Assembly: GCA_964276515.1 (NCBI GenBank) | Contig: OZ193909.1 | Span: 9,610,001-9,674,000, forward strand | Source: Gordius albopunctatus | Lineage: Eukaryota | DNA: 64,000 nt | Reading direction: 5' to 3' | Part shown: positions 12,958 through 25,500 of the stretch, one piece after another | How the letters are laid out: each line of letters begins with the position of its first letter | How positions within the stretch are numbered: position 1 is the first letter of the stretch | Notes under the pieces: model-generated | The model's database searches: none | Told to the model about the DNA's origin: nothing | What the model saw: the letters and a program-made list of their open reading frames with translations, nothing else | Position numbers and translations under genes: made by a program

Positions 12958-13306
12958 TTAGATTGTTTCAAAATCGCTTTCTAAGCGTGTCTCTAGTTTT
13001 TGAGAAACAAACTCTATTTGATCGTGATTTAAAGTTAATAATTTTTGAGGACTGATCAAAAAATTTTTCACTAATTGACCTCTGATATCAAAAACTTTCA
13101 TGACGGCTATATTGTTGAACAAAAAAATTGAAAAATTTTTGAAGTCGAAAAAAATATTTATTTTCATATTCTATCAAAAGGGGGCTGAAAGAATCTTTAA
13201 AAGTTAGTAAATATTCTTAGCATCATGTCCTTGTTAGAATCCGTATGATAATTTTTGCACGGGGTGAGGTTTTAGATTGAGAGAAACTAAACTTTTCGTG
13301 TTGCGT
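12958..13306 (+). repeat. Representative long type-B monomer (349 bp)
   Basis: TTAGATTGTTTCAAAATCGC...CACTAATTGACCTCTGATATC...AAAAGGGGGCTGAAAGAATCTTTAAAAGTTAGTAAATATTCTTAGCATCATGTCCTTGTTAGAATCCGTATGATAATTTTTGCACGGGGTGAGGTTTTAGATTGAGAGAAACTAAACTTTTCGTGTTGCGT; the next copy starts at 13307. Confidence 0.97.
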
Positions 13307-13557
13307 TTAGATTGTTTCAAAATCGCTTTCTAAGCGTGTCTCTAGTTTTTGAGAAACAAACTCTATTTGATCGTGATTTAAAGTTAATAATTTTTGAGGA
13401 CTGATCAAAAAATTTTTCACTAATTGACCTCTGATATCAAAAACTTTCATGACGGCTATATTGTTGAACAAAAAAATTGAAAAATTTTTGAAGTCGAAAA
13501 AAATATTTATTTTCATATTCTATCAAAAGGGGGCTGAAAGAATCTTTAAAAGTTAGG

Positions 13558-16500
13558 AAATATTCTTAGCATCATGTCCTTGTTAGAATCCGTATGATAA
13601 TTTTTGCACGGGGTGAGGTTTTAGATTGAGAGAAACTAAACTTTTCGTGTTGCGTTTAGATTGTTTCAAAATCGCTTTCTAAGCGTGTCTCTAGTTTTTG
13701 AGAAACAAACTCTATTTGATCGTGATTTAAAGTTAATAATTTTTGAGGACGATCAAAAATTTTTCACTAATTGACCTCTGATATCAAAAACTTTCATGAC
13801 GGCTATATTGTTGAACAAAAAAATTGAAAAAATTTTGATGTCGAAAAAAATATTTATTTTCCTATTCTTTCGAAAGGGGGATGAAAAAATCTTTAAAATT
13901 AAGAAACTAAACTTTTCGGGTTGCGTTTAGATTGTTTCAAAATCGCTTTCTAAGCGTGTCTCTAGTTTTTGTGAAACAAACTCTATTTGATCGTGATTTA
14001 AAGTTAATAATTTTTGAGGACTGATCAAAAAATTTTTCACTAATTGACCTCTGATATCAAAAACTTTCATGACGGCTATATTGTTGAACAAAAAAATTGA
14101 AAAATTTTTGAAGTCGAAAAAAATATTTATTTTCATATTCTATCAAAAGGGGGCTGAAAGAATCTTTAAAAGTTAGTAAATATTCTTAGCATCATGTCCT
14201 TGTTAGAATCCGTATGATAATTTTTGCACGGGGTGAGGTTTTAGATTGAGAGAAACTAAACTTTTCGTGTTGCGTTTAGATTGTTTCAAAATCGCTTTCT
14301 AAGCGTGTCTCTAGTTTTTGAGAAACAAACTCTATTTGATCGTGATTTAAAGTTAATAATTTTTGAGGACGATCAAAAATTTTTCACTAATTGACCTCTG
14401 ATATCAAATCTTTCATGACGGCTATATTGTTGAACAAAAAAATTGAAAAAATTTTGATGTCGAAAAAAATATTTATTTTCATATTCTATCAAAAGGGGGC
14501 TGAAAGAATCTTTAAAAGTTAGTAAATATTCTTAGCATCATGTCCTTGTTAGAATCCGTATGATAATTTTTGCATGGGGTGAGGTTTTAGATTGAGAGAA
14601 ACTAAACTTTTCGTGTTGCGTTTAGATTGTTTCAAAATCGCTTTCTAAGCGTGTCTCTAGTTTTTGTGAATCAAACTCTATTTGATCGTGATTTAAAGTT
14701 AATAATTTTTGAGGACTGATCAAAAAATTTTTCACTAATTGACCTCTGATATCAAAAACTTTCATGACGGCTATATTGTTGAACAAAAAAATTGAAAAAT
14801 TTTTGAAGTCGAAAAAAATATTTATTTTCATATTCTATCAAAAGGGGGCTGAAAGAATCTTTAAAAGTTAGTAAATATTCTTAGCATCATGTCCTTGTTA
14901 GAATCCGTATGATAATTTTTGCATGGGGTGAGGTTTTAGATTGAGAGAAACTAAACTTTTCGTGTTGCGTTTAGATTGTTTCAAAATCGCTTTCTAAGCG
15001 TGTCTCTAGTTTTTGAGAAACAAACTCTATTTGATCGTGATTTAAAGTTAATAATTTTTGAGGACGATCAAAAATTTTTCACTAATTGACCTCTGATATC
15101 AAAAACTTTCATGACGGCTATATTGTTGAACAAAAAAATTGAAAAAATTTTGATGTCGAAAAAAATATTTATTTTCCTATTCTTTCGAAAGGGGGATGAA
15201 AAAATCTTTAAAATTAAGAAACTAAACTTTTCGGGTTGCGTTAAGATTGTTTCAAAATCGCTTTCTAAGCGTGTCTCTAGTTTTTGAGAAACAAACTCTA
15301 TTTGATCGTGATTTAAAGTTAAAAACTTTTGAGGACTGATCAAAAAATTTTTCACTAATTGACCTCTGATATCAAATCTTTCATGACGGCTATATTGTTG
15401 AACAAAAAAATTGAAAAAATTTTGATGTCGAAAAAAATATTTATTTTCCTATTCTTTCGAAAGGGGGATGAAAAAATCTTTAAAATTTAGAAACTAAACT
15501 TTTCGTGTTGCGTTTAGATTGTTTCAAAATCGCTTTCTAAGCGTGTCTCTAGTTTTTGTGAAACAAACTCTATTTGATCGTGATTTAAAGTTAATAATTT
15601 TTGAGGACTGATCAAAAAATTTTTCACTAATTGACCTCTGATATCAAAAACTTTCATGACGGCTATATTGTTGAACAAAAAAATTGAAAAATTTTTGAAG
15701 TCGAAAAAAATATTTATTTTCATATTCTATCAAAAGGGGGCTGAAAGAATCTTTAAAAGTTAGTAAATATTCTTAGCATCATGTCCTTGTTAGAATCCGT
15801 ATGATAATTTTTGCACGGGGTGAGGTTTTAGATTGAGAGAAACTAAACTTTTCGTGTTGCGTTTAGATTGTTTCAAAATCGCTTTCTAAGCGTGTCTCTA
15901 GTTTTTGAGAAACAAACTCTATTTGATCGTGATTTAAAGTTAATAATTTTTGAGGACGATCAAAAATTTTTCACTAATTGACCTCTGATATCAAAAACTT
16001 TCATGACGGCTATATTGTTGAACAAAAAAATTGAAAAAATTTTGATGTCGAAAAAAATATTTATTTTCCTATTCTTTCGAAAGGGGGATGAAAAAATCTT
16101 TAAAATTAAGAAACTAAACTTTTCGGGTTGCGTTTAGATTGTTTCAAAATCGCTTTCTAAGCGTGTCTCTAGTTTTTGTGAAACAAACTCTATTTGATCG
16201 TGATTTAAAGTTAATAATTTTTGAGGACTGATCAAAAAATTTTTCACTAATTGACCTCTGATATCAAAAACTTTCATGACGGCTATATTGTTGAACAAAA
16301 AAATTGAAAAATTTTTGAAGTCGAAAAAAATATTTATTTTCATATTCTATCAAAAGGGGGCTGAAAGAATCTTTAAAAGTTAGTAAATATTCTTAGAATC
16401 ATGTCCTTGTTAGAATCCGTATGATAATTTTTGAACGGAGTGAGGTTTTAGATTGAGAGAAACTAAACTTTTCGTGTTGCGTTTAGATTGTTTCAAAATC

Positions 16501-19500
16501 GCTTTCTAAGCGTGTCTCTAGTTTTTGAGAAACAAACTCTATTTGATCGTGATTTAAAGTTAATAATTTTTGAGGACGATCAAAAATTTTTCACTAATTG
16601 ACCTCTGATATCAAATCTTTCATGACGGCTATATTGTTGAACAAAAAAATTGAAAAAATTTTGATGTCGAAAAAAATATTTATTTTCATATTCTATCAAA
16701 AGGGGGCTGAAAGAATCTTTAAAAGTTAGTAAATATTCTTAGCATCATGTCCTTGTTAGAATCCGTATGATAATTTTTGCACGGGGTGAGGTTTTAGATT
16801 GAGAGAAACTAAACTTTTCGTGTTGCGTTTAGATTGTTTCAAAATCGCTTTCTAAGCGTGTCTCTAGTTTTTGAGAAACAAACTCTATTTGATCGTGATT
16901 TAAAGTTAATAATTTTTGAGGACGATCAAAAATTTTTCACTAATTGACCTCTGATATCAAAAACTTTCATGACGGCTATATTGTTGAACAAAAAAATTGA
17001 AAAAATTTTGATGTCGAAAAAAATATTTATTTTCCTATTCTTTCGAAAGGGGGATGAAAAAATCTTTAAAATTAAGAAACTAAACTTTTCGGGTTGCGTT
17101 AAGATTGTTTCAAAATCGCTTTCTAAGCGTGTCTCTAGTTTTTGAGGATCAAACTCTATTTGATCGTGATTTAAAGTTAAAAACTTTTGAGGACTGATCA
17201 AAAAATTTTTCACTAATTGACCTCTGATATCAAATCTTTCATGACGGCTATATTGTTGAACAAAAAAATTGAAAAAATTTTGATGTCGAAAAAAATATTT
17301 ATTTTCCTATTCTTTCGAAAGGGGGATGAAAAAATCTTTAAAATTAAGAAACTAAACTTTTCGGGTTGCGTTTAGATTGTTTCAAAATCGCTTTCTAAGC
17401 GTGTCTCTAGTTTTTGTGAAACAAACTCTATTTGATCGTGATTTAAAGTTAATAATTTTTGAGGACTGATCAAAAAATTTTTCACTAATTGACCTCTGAT
17501 ATCAAAAACTTTCATGACGGCTATATTGTTGAACAAAAAAATTGAAAAATTTTTGAAGTCGAAAAAAATATTTATTTTCATATTCTATCAAAAGGGGGCT
17601 GAAAGAATCTTTAAAAGTTAGTAAATATTCTTAGAATCATGTCCTTGTTAGAATCCGTATGATAATTTTTGAACGGAGTGAGGTTTTAGATTGAGAGAAA
17701 CTAAACTTTTCGTGTTGCGTTTAGATTGTTTCAAAATCGCTTTCTAAGCGTGTCTCTAGTTTTTGAGAAACAAACTCTATTTGATCGTGATTTAAAGTTA
17801 ATAATTTTTGAGGACGATCAAAAATTTTTCACTAATTGACCTCTGATATCAAATCTTTCATGACGGCTATATTGTTGAACAAAAAAATTGAAAAATTTTT
17901 GAAGTCGAAAAAAATATTTATTTTCATATTCTATCAAAAGGGGGCTGAAAGAATCTTTAAAAGTTAGTAAATATTCTTAGCATCATGTCCTTGTTAGAAT
18001 CCGTATGATAATTTTTGCACGGGGTGAGGTTTTAGATTGAGAGAAACTAAACTTTTCGTGTTGCGTTTAGATTGTTTCAAAATCGCTTTCTAAGCGTGTC
18101 TCTAGTTTTTGAGAAACAAACTCTATTTGATCGTGATTTAAAGTTAATAATTTTTGAGGACGATCAAAAATTTTTCACTAATTGACCTCTGATATCAAAT
18201 CTTTCATGACGGCTATATTGTTGAACAAAAAAATTGAAAAAATTTTGATGTCGAAAAAAATATTTATTTTCATATTCTATCAAAAGGGGGCTGAAAGAAT
18301 CTTTAAAAGTTAGTAAATATTCTTAGCATCATGTCCTTGTTAGAATCCGTATGATAATTTTTGCATGGGGTGAGGTTTTAGATTGAGAGAAACTAAACTT
18401 TTCGTGTTGCGTTTAGATTGTTTCAAAATCGCTTTCTAAGCGTGTCTCTAGTTTTTGTGAATCAAACTCTATTTGATCGTGATTTAAAGTTAATAATTTT
18501 TGAGGACTGATCAAAAAATTTTTCACTAATTGACCTCTGATATCAAAAACTTTCATGACGGCTATATTGTTGAACAAAAAAATTGAAAAATTTTTGAAGT
18601 CGAAAAAAATATTTATTTTCATATTCTATCAAAAGGGGGCTGAAAGAATCTTTAAAAGTTAGTAAATATTCTTAGCATCATGTCCTTGTTAGAATCCGTA
18701 TGATAATTTTTGCATGGGGTGAGGTTTTAGATTGAGAGAAACTAAACTTTTCGTGTTGCGTTTAGATTGTTTCAAAATCGCTTTCTAAGCGTGTCTCTAG
18801 TTTTTGAGAAACAAACTCTATTTGATCGTGATTTAAAGTTAATAATTTTTGAGGACGATCAAAAATTTTTCACTAATTGACCTCTGATATCAAAAACTTT
18901 CATGACGGCTATATTGTTGAACAAAAAAATTGAAAAAATTTTGATGTCGAAAAAAATATTTATTTTCCTATTCTTTCGAAAGGGGGATGAAAAAATCTTT
19001 AAAATTAAGAAACTAAACTTTTCGGGTTGCGTTAAGATTGTTTCAAAATCGCTTTCTAAGCGTGTCTCTAGTTTTTGAGAAACAAACTCTATTTGATCGT
19101 GATTTAAAGTTAAAAACTTTTGAGGACTGATCAAAAAATTTTTCACTAATTGACCTCTGATATCAAATCTTTCATGACGGCTATATTGTTGAACAAAAAA
19201 ATTGAAAAAATTTTGATGTCGAAAAAAATATTTATTTTCCTATTCTTTCGAAAGGGGGATGAAAAAATCTTTAAAATTTAGAAACTAAACTTTTCGTGTT
19301 GCGTTTAGATTGTTTCAAAATCGCTTTCTAAGCGTGTCTCTAGTTTTTGTGAAACAAACTCTATTTGATCGTGATTTAAAGTTAATAATTTTTGAGGACT
19401 GATCAAAAAATTTTTCACTAATTGACCTCTGATATCAAAAACTTTCATGACGGCTATATTGTTGAACAAAAAAATTGAAAAATTTTTGAAGTCGAAAAAA

Positions 19501-22500
19501 ATATTTATTTTCATATTCTATCAAAAGGGGGCTGAAAGAATCTTTAAAAGTTAGTAAATATTCTTAGCATCATGTCCTTGTTAGAATCCGTATGATAATT
19601 TTTGCACGGGGTGAGGTTTTAGATTGAGAGAAACTAAACTTTTCGTGTTGCGTTTAGATTGTTTCAAAATCGCTTTCTAAGCGTGTCTCTAGTTTTTGAG
19701 AAACAAACTCTATTTGATCGTGATTTAAAGTTAATAATTTTTGAGGACGATCAAAAATTTTTCACTAATTGACCTCTGATATCAAAAACTTTCATGACGG
19801 CTATATTGTTGAACAAAAAAATTGAAAAAATTTTGATGTCGAAAAAAATATTTATTTTCCTATTCTTTCGAAAGGGGGATGAAAAAATCTTTAAAATTAA
19901 GAAACTAAACTTTTCGGGTTGCGTTTAGATTGTTTCAAAATCGCTTTCTAAGCGTGTCTCTAGTTTTTGTGAAACAAACTCTATTTGATCGTGATTTAAA
20001 GTTAATAATTTTTGAGGACTGATCAAAAAATTTTTCACTAATTGACCTCTGATATCAAAACCTTTCATGACGGCTATATTGTTGAACAAAAAAATTGAAA
20101 AATTTTTGAAGTCGAAAAAAATATTTATTTTCATATTCTATCAAAAGGGGGCTGAAAGAATCTTTAAAAGTTAGTAAATATTCTTAGAATCATGTCCTTG
20201 TTAGAATCCGTATGATAATTTTTGAACGGAGTGAGGTTTTAGATTGAGAGAAACTAAACTTTTCGTGTTGCGTTTAGATTGTTTCAAAATCGCTTTCTAA
20301 GCGTGTCTCTAGTTTTTGAGAAACAAACTCTATTTGATCGTGATTTAAAGTTAAAAACTTTTGAGGACTGATCAAAAATTTTTTTCACTAATTGACCTCT
20401 GATATCAAAAACTTTCATGACGGCTATATTGTTGAACAAAAAAATTGAAAAATTTTTGAAGTCGAAAAAAATATTTATTTTCATATTCTATCAAAAGGGG
20501 GCTGAAAGAATCTTTAAAAGTTAGGAAATATTCTTAGCATCATGTCCTTGTTAGAATCCGTATGATAATTTTTGCACGGGGTGAGGTTTTAGATTGAGAG
20601 AAACTAAACTTTTCGTGTTGCGTTTAGATTGTTTCAAAATCGCTTTCTAAGCGTGTCTCTAGTTTTTGAGAAACAAACTCTATTTGATCGTGATTTAAAG
20701 TTAATAATTTTTGAGGACGATCAAAAATTTTTCACTAATTGACCTCTGATATCAAATCTTTCATGACGGCTATATTGTTGAACAAAAAAATTGAAAAAAT
20801 TTTGATGTCGAAAAAAATATTTATTTTCATATTCTATCAAAAGGGGGCTGAAAGAATCTTTAAAAGTTAGTAAATATTCTTAGCATCATGTCCTTGTTAG
20901 AATCCGTATGATAATTTTTGCACGGGGTGAGGTTTTAGATTGAGAGAAACTAAACTTTTCGTGTTGCGTTTAGATTGTTTCAAAATCGCTTTCTAAGCGT
21001 GTCTCTAGTTTTTGAGAAACAAACTCTATTTGATCGTGATTTAAAGTTAATAATTTTTGAGGACGATCAAAAATTTTTCACTAATTGACCTCTGATATCA
21101 AAAACTTTCATGACGGCTATATTGTTGAACAAAAAAATTGAAAAAATTTTGATGTCGAAAAAAATATTTATTTTCCTATTCTTTCGAAAGGGGGATGAAA
21201 AAATCTTTAAAATTAAGAAACTAAACTTTTCGGGTTGCGTTTAGATTGTTTCAAAATCGCTTTCTAAGCGTGTCTCTAGTTTTTGTGAAACAAACTCTAT
21301 TTGATCGTGATTTAAAGTTAATAATTTTTGAGGACTGATCAAAAAATTTTTCACTAATTGACCTCTGATATCAAAAACTTTCATGACGGCTATATTGTTG
21401 AACAAAAAAATTGAAAAATTTTTGAAGTCGAAAAAAATATTTATTTTCATATTCTATCAAAAGGGGGCTGAAAGAATCTTTAAAAGTTAGGAAATATTCT
21501 TAGCATCATGTCCTTGTTAGAATCCGTATGATAATTTTTGCACGGGGTGAGGTTTTAGATTGAGAGAAACTAAACTTTTCGTGTTGCGTTTAGATTGTTT
21601 CAAAATCGCTTTCTAAGCGTGTCTCTAGTTTTTGAGAAACAAACTCTATTTGATCGTGATTTAAAGTTAATAATTTTTGAGGACGATCAAAAATTTTTCA
21701 CTAATTGACCTCTGATATCAAATCTTTCATGACGGCTATATTGTTGAACAAAAAAATTGAAAAAATTTTGATGTCGAAAAAAATATTTATTTTCATATTC
21801 TATCAAAAGGGGGCTGAAAGAATCTTTAAAAGTTAGTAAATATTCTTAGCATCATGTCCTTGTTAGAATCCGTATGATAATTTTTGCACGGGGTGAGGTT
21901 TTAGATTGAGAGAAACTAAACTTTTCGTGTTGCGTTTAGATTGTTTCAAAATCGCTTTCTAAGCGTGTCTCTAGTTTTTGAGAAACAAACTCTATTTGAT
22001 CGTGATTTAAAGTTAATAATTTTTGAGGACGATCAAAAATTTTTCACTAATTGACCTCTGATATCAAAAACTTTCATGACGGCTATATTGTTGAACAAAA
22101 AAATTGAAAAAATTTTGATGTCGAAAAAAATATTTATTTTCCTATTCTTTCGAAAGGGGGATGAAAAAATCTTTAAAATTAAGAAACTAAACTTTTCGGG
22201 TTGCGTTTAGATTGTTTCAAAATCGCTTTCTAAGCGTGTCTCTAGTTTTTGTGAAACAAACTCTATTTGATCGTGATTTAAAGTTAATAATTTTTGAGGA
22301 CTGATCAAAAAATTTTTCACTAATTGACCTCTGATATCAAAAACTTTCATGACGGCTATATTGTTGAACAAAAAAATTGAAAAATTTTTGAAGTCGAAAA
22401 AAATATTTATTTTCATATTCTATCAAAAGGGGGCTGAAAGAATCTTTAAAAGTTAGTAAATATTCTTAGCATCATGTCCTTGTTAGAATCCGTATGATAA

Positions 22501-25500
22501 TTTTTGCACGGGGTGAGGTTTTAGATTGAGAGAAACTAAACTTTTCGTGTTGCGTTTAGATTGTTTCAAAATCGCTTTCTAAGCGTGTCTCTAGTTTTTG
22601 AGAAACAAACTCTATTTGATCGTGATTTAAAGTTAATAATTTTTGAGGACGATCAAAAATTTTTCACTAATTGACCTCTGATATCAAATCTTTCATGACG
22701 GCTATATTGTTGAACAAAAAAATTGAAAAAATTTTGATGTCGAAAAAAATATTTATTTTCATATTCTATCAAAAGGGGGCTGAAAGAATCTTTAAAAGTT
22801 AGTAAATATTCTTAGCATCATGTCCTTGTTAGAATCCGTATGATAATTTTTGCATGGGGTGAGGTTTTAGATTGAGAGAAACTAAACTTTTCGTGTTGCG
22901 TTTAGATTGTTTCAAAATCGCTTTCTAAGCGTGTCTCTAGTTTTTGTGAATCAAACTCTATTTGATCGTGATTTAAAGTTAATAATTTTTGAGGACTGAT
23001 CAAAAAATTTTTCACTAATTGACCTCTGATATCAAAAACTTTCATGACGGCTATATTGTTGAACAAAAAAATTGAAAAATTTTTGAAGTCGAAAAAAATA
23101 TTTATTTTCATATTCTATCAAAAGGGGGCTGAAAGAATCTTTAAAAGTTAGTAAATATTCTTAGCATCATGTCCTTGTTAGAATCCGTATGATAATTTTT
23201 GCATGGGGTGAGGTTTTAGATTGAGAGAAACTAAACTTTTCGTGTTGCGTTTAGATTGTTTCAAAATCGCTTTCTAAGCGTGTCTCTAGTTTTTGAGAAA
23301 CAAACTCTATTTGATCGTGATTTAAAGTTAATAATTTTTGAGGACGATCAAAAATTTTTCACTAATTGACCTCTGATATCAAAAACTTTCATGACGGCTA
23401 TATTGTTGAACAAAAAAATTGAAAAAATTTTGATGTCGAAAAAAATATTTATTTTCCTATTCTTTCGAAAGGGGGATGAAAAAATCTTTAAAATTAAGAA
23501 ACTAAACTTTTCGGGTTGCGTTAAGATTGTTTCAAAATCGCTTTCTAAGCGTGTCTCTAGTTTTTGAGAAACAAACTCTATTTGATCGTGATTTAAAGTT
23601 AAAAACTTTTGAGGACTGATCAAAAAATTTTTCACTAATTGACCTCTGATATCAAATCTTTCATGACGGCTATATTGTTGAACAAAAAAATTGAAAAAAT
23701 TTTGATGTCGAAAAAAATATTTATTTTCCTATTCTTTCGAAAGGGGGATGAAAAAATCTTTAAAATTTAGAAACTAAACTTTTCGTGTTGCGTTTAGATT
23801 GTTTCAAAATCGCTTTCTAAGCGTGTCTCTAGTTTTTGTGAAACAAACTCTATTTGATCGTGATTTAAAGTTAATAATTTTTGAGGACTGATCAAAAAAT
23901 TTTTCACTAATTGACCTCTGATATCAAAAACTTTCATGACGGCTATATTGTTGAACAAAAAAATTGAAAAATTTTTGAAGTCGAAAAAAATATTTATTTT
24001 CATATTCTATCAAAAGGGGGCTGAAAGAATCTTTAAAAGTTAGTAAATATTCTTAGCATCATGTCCTTGTTAGAATCCGTATGATAATTTTTGCACGGGG
24101 TGAGGTTTTAGATTGAGAGAAACTAAACTTTTCGTGTTGCGTTTAGATTGTTTCAAAATCGCTTTCTAAGCGTGTCTCTAGTTTTTGAGAAACAAACTCT
24201 ATTTGATCGTGATTTAAAGTTAATAATTTTTGAGGACGATCAAAAATTTTTCACTAATTGACCTCTGATATCAAAAACTTTCATGACGGCTATATTGTTG
24301 AACAAAAAAATTGAAAAAATTTTGATGTCGAAAAAAATATTTATTTTCCTATTCTTTCGAAAGGGGGATGAAAAAATCTTTAAAATTAAGAAACTAAACT
24401 TTTCGGGTTGCGTTTAGATTGTTTCAAAATCGCTTTCTAAGCGTGTCTCTAGTTTTTGTGAAACAAACTCTATTTGATCGTGATTTAAAGTTAATAATTT
24501 TTGAGGACTGATCAAAAAATTTTTCACTAATTGACCTCTGATATCAAAAACTTTCATGACGGCTATATTGTTGAACAAAAAAATTGAAAAATTTTTGAAG
24601 TCGAAAAAAATATTTATTTTCATATTCTATCAAAAGGGGGCTGAAAGAATCTTTAAAAGTTAGTAAATATTCTTAGAATCATGTCCTTGTTAGAATCCGT
24701 ATGATAATTTTTGAACGGAGTGAGGTTTTAGATTGAGAGAAACTAAACTTTTCGTGTTGCGTTTAGATTGTTTCAAAATCGCTTTCTAAGCGTGTCTCTA
24801 GTTTTTGAGAAACAAACTCTATTTGATCGTGATTTAAAGTTAATAATTTTTGAGGACGATCAAAAATTTTTCACTAATTGACCTCTGATATCAAATCTTT
24901 CATGACGGCTATATTGTTGAACAAAAAAATTGAAAAAATTTTGATGTCGAAAAAAATATTTATTTTCATATTCTATCAAAAGGGGGCTGAAAGAATCTTT
25001 AAAAGTTAGTAAATATTCTTAGCATCATGTCCTTGTTAGAATCCGTATGATAATTTTTGCACGGGGTGAGGTTTTAGATTGAGAGAAACTAAACTTTTCG
25101 TGTTGCGTTTAGATTGTTTCAAAATCGCTTTCTAAGCGTGTCTCTAGTTTTTGAGAAACAAACTCTATTTGATCGTGATTTAAAGTTAATAATTTTTGAG
25201 GACGATCAAAAATTTTTCACTAATTGACCTCTGATATCAAAAACTTTCATGACGGCTATATTGTTGAACAAAAAAATTGAAAAAATTTTGATGTCGAAAA
25301 AAATATTTATTTTCCTATTCTTTCGAAAGGGGGATGAAAAAATCTTTAAAATTAAGAAACTAAACTTTTCGGGTTGCGTTAAGATTGTTTCAAAATCGCT
25401 TTCTAAGCGTGTCTCTAGTTTTTGAGGATCAAACTCTATTTGATCGTGATTTAAAGTTAAAAACTTTTGAGGACTGATCAAAAAATTTTTCACTAATTGA

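Noticed and set aside
13180..13275. G-runs (GGGGG, GGGGTGAGG) as a G-quadruplex or telomeric motif
   Set aside because: There are only two G3+ runs ~80 bp apart per monomer and no tandem TTAGG-type repeats.
13910..13930. CENP-B-box-like TTCG / CGGG motifs
   Set aside because: They do not fit the TTCGNNNNANNCGGG spacing on either strand at the sites inspected.
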